A stretch of 59,643 nt of DNA from a virus (taxonomy: Duplodnaviria > Caudoviricetes): positions 1 to 59,643 of IMG/VR virus record IMGVR_UViG_3300025445_000001; one strand, 5' to 3'. Within the stretch, counting starts at the first letter, position 1. The number at the start of each line of letters is the position of its first letter. Positions 56,205 to 59,643 of the stretch are shown in pieces. The notes beneath the pieces are model-generated. The model was given only the letters and a program-made list of their open reading frames with translations, was not told where the DNA came from and did not search any database. Both the position numbers and the translations under genes were made by a program.

Positions 56205-56534
56205 ATGAATATCTACTCCAGGAACTTCACGATCCCCCTGCACACCAGCGTGTACCTCATGGGGGATGCCATCGAAGTGATGGTGGACATGGGGGATGGC
56301 GAGGGGACGCGAACCCTTGTCTCCTTCGATTCCCTCCTGCAGGAACACCTGCACATGCATGAGTTCTTCGTGGGCGGAGGGTATGCCCCGGAGGCCCTCA
56401 GCGACCTCCTCCAGCTACGGAAGCTGGTGGACTCCTACATCCTCAAGGTGCGATCCGCCTCCGCCGCCGCGTCACCCGCGAAGAAGGCAAGGGCTCGTAG
56501 CCGTGGAGGCGCCCGTCGCGCTGCAGGTGCTTGA
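56205..56534 (+). CDS. Hypothetical protein, last of the plus arm
   Basis: GGAGG RBS. Confidence 0.6.
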   Translation: MNIYSRNFTIPLHTSVYLMGDAIEVMVDMGDGEGTRTLVSFDSLLQEHLHMHEFFVGGGYAPEALSDLLQLRKLVDSYILKVRSASAAASPAKKARARSRGGARRAAGA

Positions 56535-56710
56535 CCAGGAGGTCGAACTCCCGCACGTCCACGTGCCGTCGCAGCATCGTGCTGAGCCAGTTGCGCCTCA
56601 GCACCTGCACCTTGTGAAGGCAGTTGCATATGCGCATGTACTCATGGGCAGTGTACCCAGGAGGTACGCTATCGATACCCCGGTAGGTGACCTGGTAGTA
56701 GCCCTTGAGC

Positions 56711-56950
56711 TTAGGACGTGAGTAGCTGGAGCTTGACTCTCTCAAGCAGGCCCGCCATTGCGATGGGGTTCATCAGGCCACCAAAGGCACCATAGACCGT
56801 GTCGTTGCGGGTGAAGCCCACCACGAGGATGGACTCGGCATCGTCTTCCACGATCTTGCGCATCTCGTCCAGCACCATGAGGAGTTCCTTGGTGATCTCC
56901 TCGTCGGACACCTTGGCCTTGGTACCGGGGAAGTCGAAGACGTTACCCAC
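56711..56950 (-). CDS. Hypothetical protein (79 aa)
   Basis: NV.DFP start motif; AAGGAG RBS. Confidence 0.65.
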   Translation of the reverse strand: MGNVFDFPGTKAKVSDEEITKELLMVLDEMRKIVEDDAESILVVGFTRNDTVYGAFGGLMNPIAMAGLLERVKLQLLTS

Positions 56951-57074
56951 GCTTGATCTCCTTCAGCATCTTCTTCGCTTGGGCACTGAGGTTCTTGGGC
57001 TTCCCCTGCGCCATCTTCTTCTTCATGGGTGGCTTCGATACCTGCTGCGGGATCTGCGCGCGCGTGATGGTCAT
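56943..57074 (-). CDS. Small Lys-rich protein (43 aa), not in the ORF track
   Basis: MTITRAQIPQQVSKPPMKKK...; ATGA overlap. Confidence 0.55.
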   Translation of the reverse strand: MTITRAQIPQQVSKPPMKKKMAQGKPKNLSAQAKKMLKEIKRG

Positions 57075-57325
57075 CGCAACTTCCTCTTCTTCTGGATGCA
57101 CCCCAAGGGGATCATCATCTCCCCCCAGTAGCTGGGATCGTTGGTGTCATGCAGGTCCATGGTACTCACGATGAGGACACTGGTGTCCGTAACCCTATGC
57201 ACCCAGCCCACCGTCTTGATGTGGGGAGCCTGCAGCGAATCGATCTCGCGCTTCTCCCGCCACTCGTGACCCCCCAAGGTCGCGGCGTCCACCCACTCCA
57301 GGTAGTAGAGGTCGCCCTCCTTCAC
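57071..57325 (-). CDS. Conserved hypothetical protein
   Basis: EWVDA......W...TVGW...IP.GCI motif. Confidence 0.65.
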   Translation of the reverse strand: MKEGDLYYLEWVDAATLGGHEWREKREIDSLQAPHIKTVGWVHRVTDTSVLIVSTMDLHDTNDPSYWGEMMIPLGCIQKKRKLR

Positions 57326-57585
57326 TTGCCCTCCTTGATAACCTCCTCCAGGAGGAGGATGCACTTGTTGAGCTTCCTGCTGTACTGCGGGTAGTTGTTA
57401 TCCGGGATGCACTGCTGCCGCATCTGGGCGGCAAAGAGGGCATCGTTGGCCAGCGTCAGCAACTGCGTGAAGGTGCGATTGGCCATGAGCGTGTTCCACG
57501 CCTCGGGGTTTGGCTGCTGCGGCCCGTACATGTAGCAGCTACCCATCAGCGGGGGCAGGTCCCAGCTCTCGTTAAAGTGTGCCAT
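57322..57585 (-). CDS. Hypothetical protein (87 aa)
   Basis: Coupled ORF. Confidence 0.5.
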   Translation of the reverse strand: MAHFNESWDLPPLMGSCYMYGPQQPNPEAWNTLMANRTFTQLLTLANDALFAAQMRQQCIPDNNYPQYSRKLNKCILLLEEVIKEGK

Positions 57586-57823
57586 GGAACTTCCAAGCCT
57601 TTCCTTCTGTGACGATGCAACCGACATTGCCCTTCACACCTACCAGCGACCAGCTCTTGGACCCCGCGTAGAATGTGTACACAATCTCGTCGGAGGCGAA
57701 GGTAAACTGCGGCTTCTCCCCGAAGTTGTCAAGGAGAAAGCCAGCCACGTTGGCGGCGGGTCCGCAGTTGGCCCACGCGATGCCGGGAAGCAGCACCCCA
57801 AGGAGGGCTAGGACGTAGCGCAC
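57572..57823 (-). CDS. Exported small protein
   Basis: N-terminal signal peptide ending AWA; two Cys; follows the endolysin. Confidence 0.6.
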   Translation of the reverse strand: MRYVLALLGVLLPGIAWANCGPAANVAGFLLDNFGEKPQFTFASDEIVYTFYAGSKSWSLVGVKGNVGCIVTEGKAWKFHGTL

Positions 57824-58326
57824 ATCTTCCTCCCTACCGTCTCCACCTCCTTGACGCGCCTCTCCCAGCCCCCGCCAAAGGTACCCCAGATGGGGAGGGA
57901 CTGCAGGAAGTTCAGCCTACGCTGGCACACCTCACCGAGTAGGGTGGCGGGGTCAGCCATCTTGATTGCCTCAAGGGTCTTGGGACCCAGCGCCCCATCC
58001 GGGTTGACCCGCAGGGTATCCTGCACCGCAACCACCGCCCTCTTGGGCCCAGAGTTCACGGCGTAGTCGAAGAGGCAGAGGTCCACCCCCCGAGGCAGAT
58101 CATCCCCTCGCACCTTGTCCCAGTACCACGCCTTGTAGATCTGGTGCAGATGCTCATTGGGAATGTTGCGCAACTCATCCTTGGTAGCCTGGCGGCCCAG
58201 CCACGTGGAGTAGGTGCCGATGGTGACACCCTTCATGGTGGCCCCGCCCGGATCCTTGGGGTGGTCTGCCCACCCGCCTTCGTGCTTCAGCACCTCGACG
58301 AGGCAGGCCTCGAAGTTGTCCTTCAT
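57808..58326 (-). CDS. Endolysin, glycoside hydrolase family 108
   Basis: HEGGW.DHP.DPGGAT.KGVT, FD.AVNSGP, DG.LGP.T, F..GW.RR. Confidence 0.92.
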   Translation of the reverse strand: MKDNFEACLVEVLKHEGGWADHPKDPGGATMKGVTIGTYSTWLGRQATKDELRNIPNEHLHQIYKAWYWDKVRGDDLPRGVDLCLFDYAVNSGPKRAVVAVQDTLRVNPDGALGPKTLEAIKMADPATLLGEVCQRRLNFLQSLPIWGTFGGGWERRVKEVETVGRKMCATS

Positions 58327-58367
58327 GTTAAGATATCCTCGGTTTCTGTACGTATCCGGGGGACGTG

Positions 58368-58763
58368 TTAAGAGGCTAGACGCTTGTCCAGGCTGCGCAG
58401 TCCGCCCATGCCCAGCATGGCGAAGACCAGCTCCCACAGCATCCCGTCAAGGCCCGGCATCGGAGGCACCTGCATGCCCGCCACCCCAAGGAGCCAAGGC
58501 ATGATGGGCCTCGCGATGAACTGGTAGGCGAGGGCAGCGCCGCAGACCCAGCCGATGAAGGGGCGCCACCCGCCCTTGAAGATGCCGTCGCTGGCAGCCT
58601 CCACCTTGTTGAGTTCGATCTGGGCGAGGTCACCCTGCTGCGCCATCTCAAGGAGGCGCACCTGCATGTCGGCCTTGGCCTTCTCCGCCTGCGCCTTGTC
58701 GGGGATGACCTTGTCGAGGAGACCACCGAGGACGGGCAGCAGGGCGGTGACGAGGGGCAACAT
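58368..58763 (-). CDS. 3TM holin-family protein
   Basis: LDK.IPD...N..EA......GWRP.IGW.C...MLG.GGLRS; upstream of the endolysin. Confidence 0.85.
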   Translation of the reverse strand: MLPLVTALLPVLGGLLDKVIPDKAQAEKAKADMQVRLLEMAQQGDLAQIELNKVEAASDGIFKGGWRPFIGWVCGAALAYQFIARPIMPWLLGVAGMQVPPMPGLDGMLWELVFAMLGMGGLRSLDKRLAS

Positions 58764-58939
58764 TACTTCTTGAACCCCTTGAGGGTCTGGGCGAGGCGCG
58801 CCCTCTGGCCCATCTTGCCCGGGGCCTTCGCTGCCTTTGCCAGCTTGGCAGCGGGGATGGGCTCACCCTTCTTGGCACCCAGGGCAGAGCGCAGCGCACC
58901 CGGCTTTTTGATGGCACCAGCAATCCAGTTCTTCGCCAT
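58763..58939 (-). CDS. Small basic protein (58 aa), not in the ORF track
   Basis: MAKNWIAGAIKKPGAL...RARLAQTL; AAGGAG RBS. Confidence 0.75.
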   Translation of the reverse strand: MAKNWIAGAIKKPGALRSALGAKKGEPIPAAKLAKAAKAPGKMGQRARLAQTLKGFKK

Positions 58940-58949
58940 GGTAGTCTCC

Positions 58950-59177
58950 TTACTTCCTTACCCCGGAGGGGCTAACCGGCCAGCTCTTCCTGGCAGGACC
59001 AGTCTTCTTGCGGGCCATGGTGGCCTTCTGCGCGGGGGACATCTTGGCGGCAGCGGCGGCAGGACGGCAGGCGGGGTAGCCCCTCTTGGACTTCTCTGCG
59101 CCACTCCGGCCACAGGCCTTGCCCGTCTTTACGTCAACCCACTTCTCGCCGAACCACTTGCCCAGTCCGCCCTTCAC
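58950..59177 (-). CDS. Small basic protein (75 aa)
   Basis: GL.KWF.EKWVD....CGR....YP.CRP. Confidence 0.7.
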   Translation of the reverse strand: MKGGLGKWFGEKWVDVKTGKACGRSGAEKSKRGYPACRPAAAAAKMSPAQKATMARKKTGPARKSWPVSPSGVRK

Positions 59178-59344
59178 TTCTTCTTCACGCGGTTGTCCGC
59201 GCCTCCCCAGCTCCCACCCTTCTTCTTGTACTCCTTGGCGGCCCATGCATTTGCATACGCGCTGGGGTACACGTCGAACTTCTGCTTGGCCGCCGCCTTG
59301 GCAGCAGCCCACAGCTTGGGGTTCTTGGGGGTGGACTTCGCCAT
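59174..59344 (-). CDS. Small basic protein (56 aa), not in the ORF track
   Basis: P.NPKLW...K..AK.KF.VYPSAYAN.W....YKK.GG. Confidence 0.7.
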   Translation of the reverse strand: MAKSTPKNPKLWAAAKAAAKQKFDVYPSAYANAWAAKEYKKKGGSWGGADNRVKKK

Positions 59345-59345
59345 G

Positions 59346-59600
59346 TCAGCAGTTCCACGCCCGCAGGGACTTGTTGATGCGGGAGTTGGGATCGTTGGCA
59401 GTCTTGGCGCTGGTGAGCTTCTTCTTCATGCCCTTCATGCGGGCACAGAAGCTATCCCTACGGGGACCACCCTCCGGCTGCGGCGCCTTGAGTCCGGGCT
59501 TGCCCGGGTTGGCCCTATTGTAGGAGGCGCGGCCCTTGGCATTTAGGCCACCTGCGGGATTCTTCCCTTCCTTGCGCTGCCATGCCGGGGACTTAGCCAT
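59346..59600 (-). CDS. Small basic protein (84 aa)
   Basis: AWQRKEGK...GGLN.KG.ASY...SFCARM...SLR.W.C. Confidence 0.75.
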   Translation of the reverse strand: MAKSPAWQRKEGKNPAGGLNAKGRASYNRANPGKPGLKAPQPEGGPRRDSFCARMKGMKKKLTSAKTANDPNSRINKSLRAWNC

Positions 59601-59643
59601 AGGTATTCTCCAAGCTGCGGGTGCTGATGAACTCCCAGCCATC
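59517..59643. repeat. Terminal 127-bp direct repeat, right copy
   Basis: Identical to 1-127. Confidence 0.95.

Noticed and set aside
56443-56745. Minus-strand 100-aa ORF at the convergence point
   Set aside because: Overlaps genes at both ends, with an unclear start and no motif; cannot be supported
59517-59643. Physical direct terminal repeat of the virion DNA
   Set aside because: 127 bp is a common assembler k-mer length and the repeat cuts through genes; it shows circularity of the assembly, not real ends
1-59643. Stop-codon reassignment or temperate lifestyle module
   Set aside because: Core genes are intact under the standard bacterial code, and no integrase or partition genes were recognised

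Overview
The window is a complete circularly assembled tailed-phage genome of 59,516 bp, since bases 1-127 recur at 59517-59643. It is GC-rich and podovirus-like: no tail sheath, tube or tape-measure gene, but it has head-tail adaptors, a nozzle and large ejection-type proteins. The minus-strand arm runs from about 39.4 kb leftwards through the junction to about 56.4 kb. It carries Dps, GDP-mannose dehydratase, a helicase-like ATPase, TerS/TerL, portal, GroES, scaffold, major capsid, adaptors, two tail fibres, internal virion proteins, a glycosyltransferase operon, small basic proteins and lysis genes. The plus-strand arm (39.5-56.5 kb) carries small early genes, rIIA/rIIB, a recombination module, a C5-methyltransferase-like gene, dCMP deaminase and a family A DNA polymerase split over two genes. 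I saw no integrase, RNA polymerase, primase, tRNA or CRISPR array. The strongest leads are: (1) a 1373-aa putative ejected protein with an AT-richer module of tandem sigma-70 region 1.1-like domains plus a JAB/MPN metalloprotease domain; (2) a dispersed but identically promoted glycan system (gmd, a GT8-like gene and a GT/methyltransferase/Maf-like fusion); (3) two copies of an iteron plus IHF-site element in a genome with no visible primase; (4) a PolA split inside its proofreading domain, with His at position 762. All family assignments are by-eye motif recognition, not database searches.
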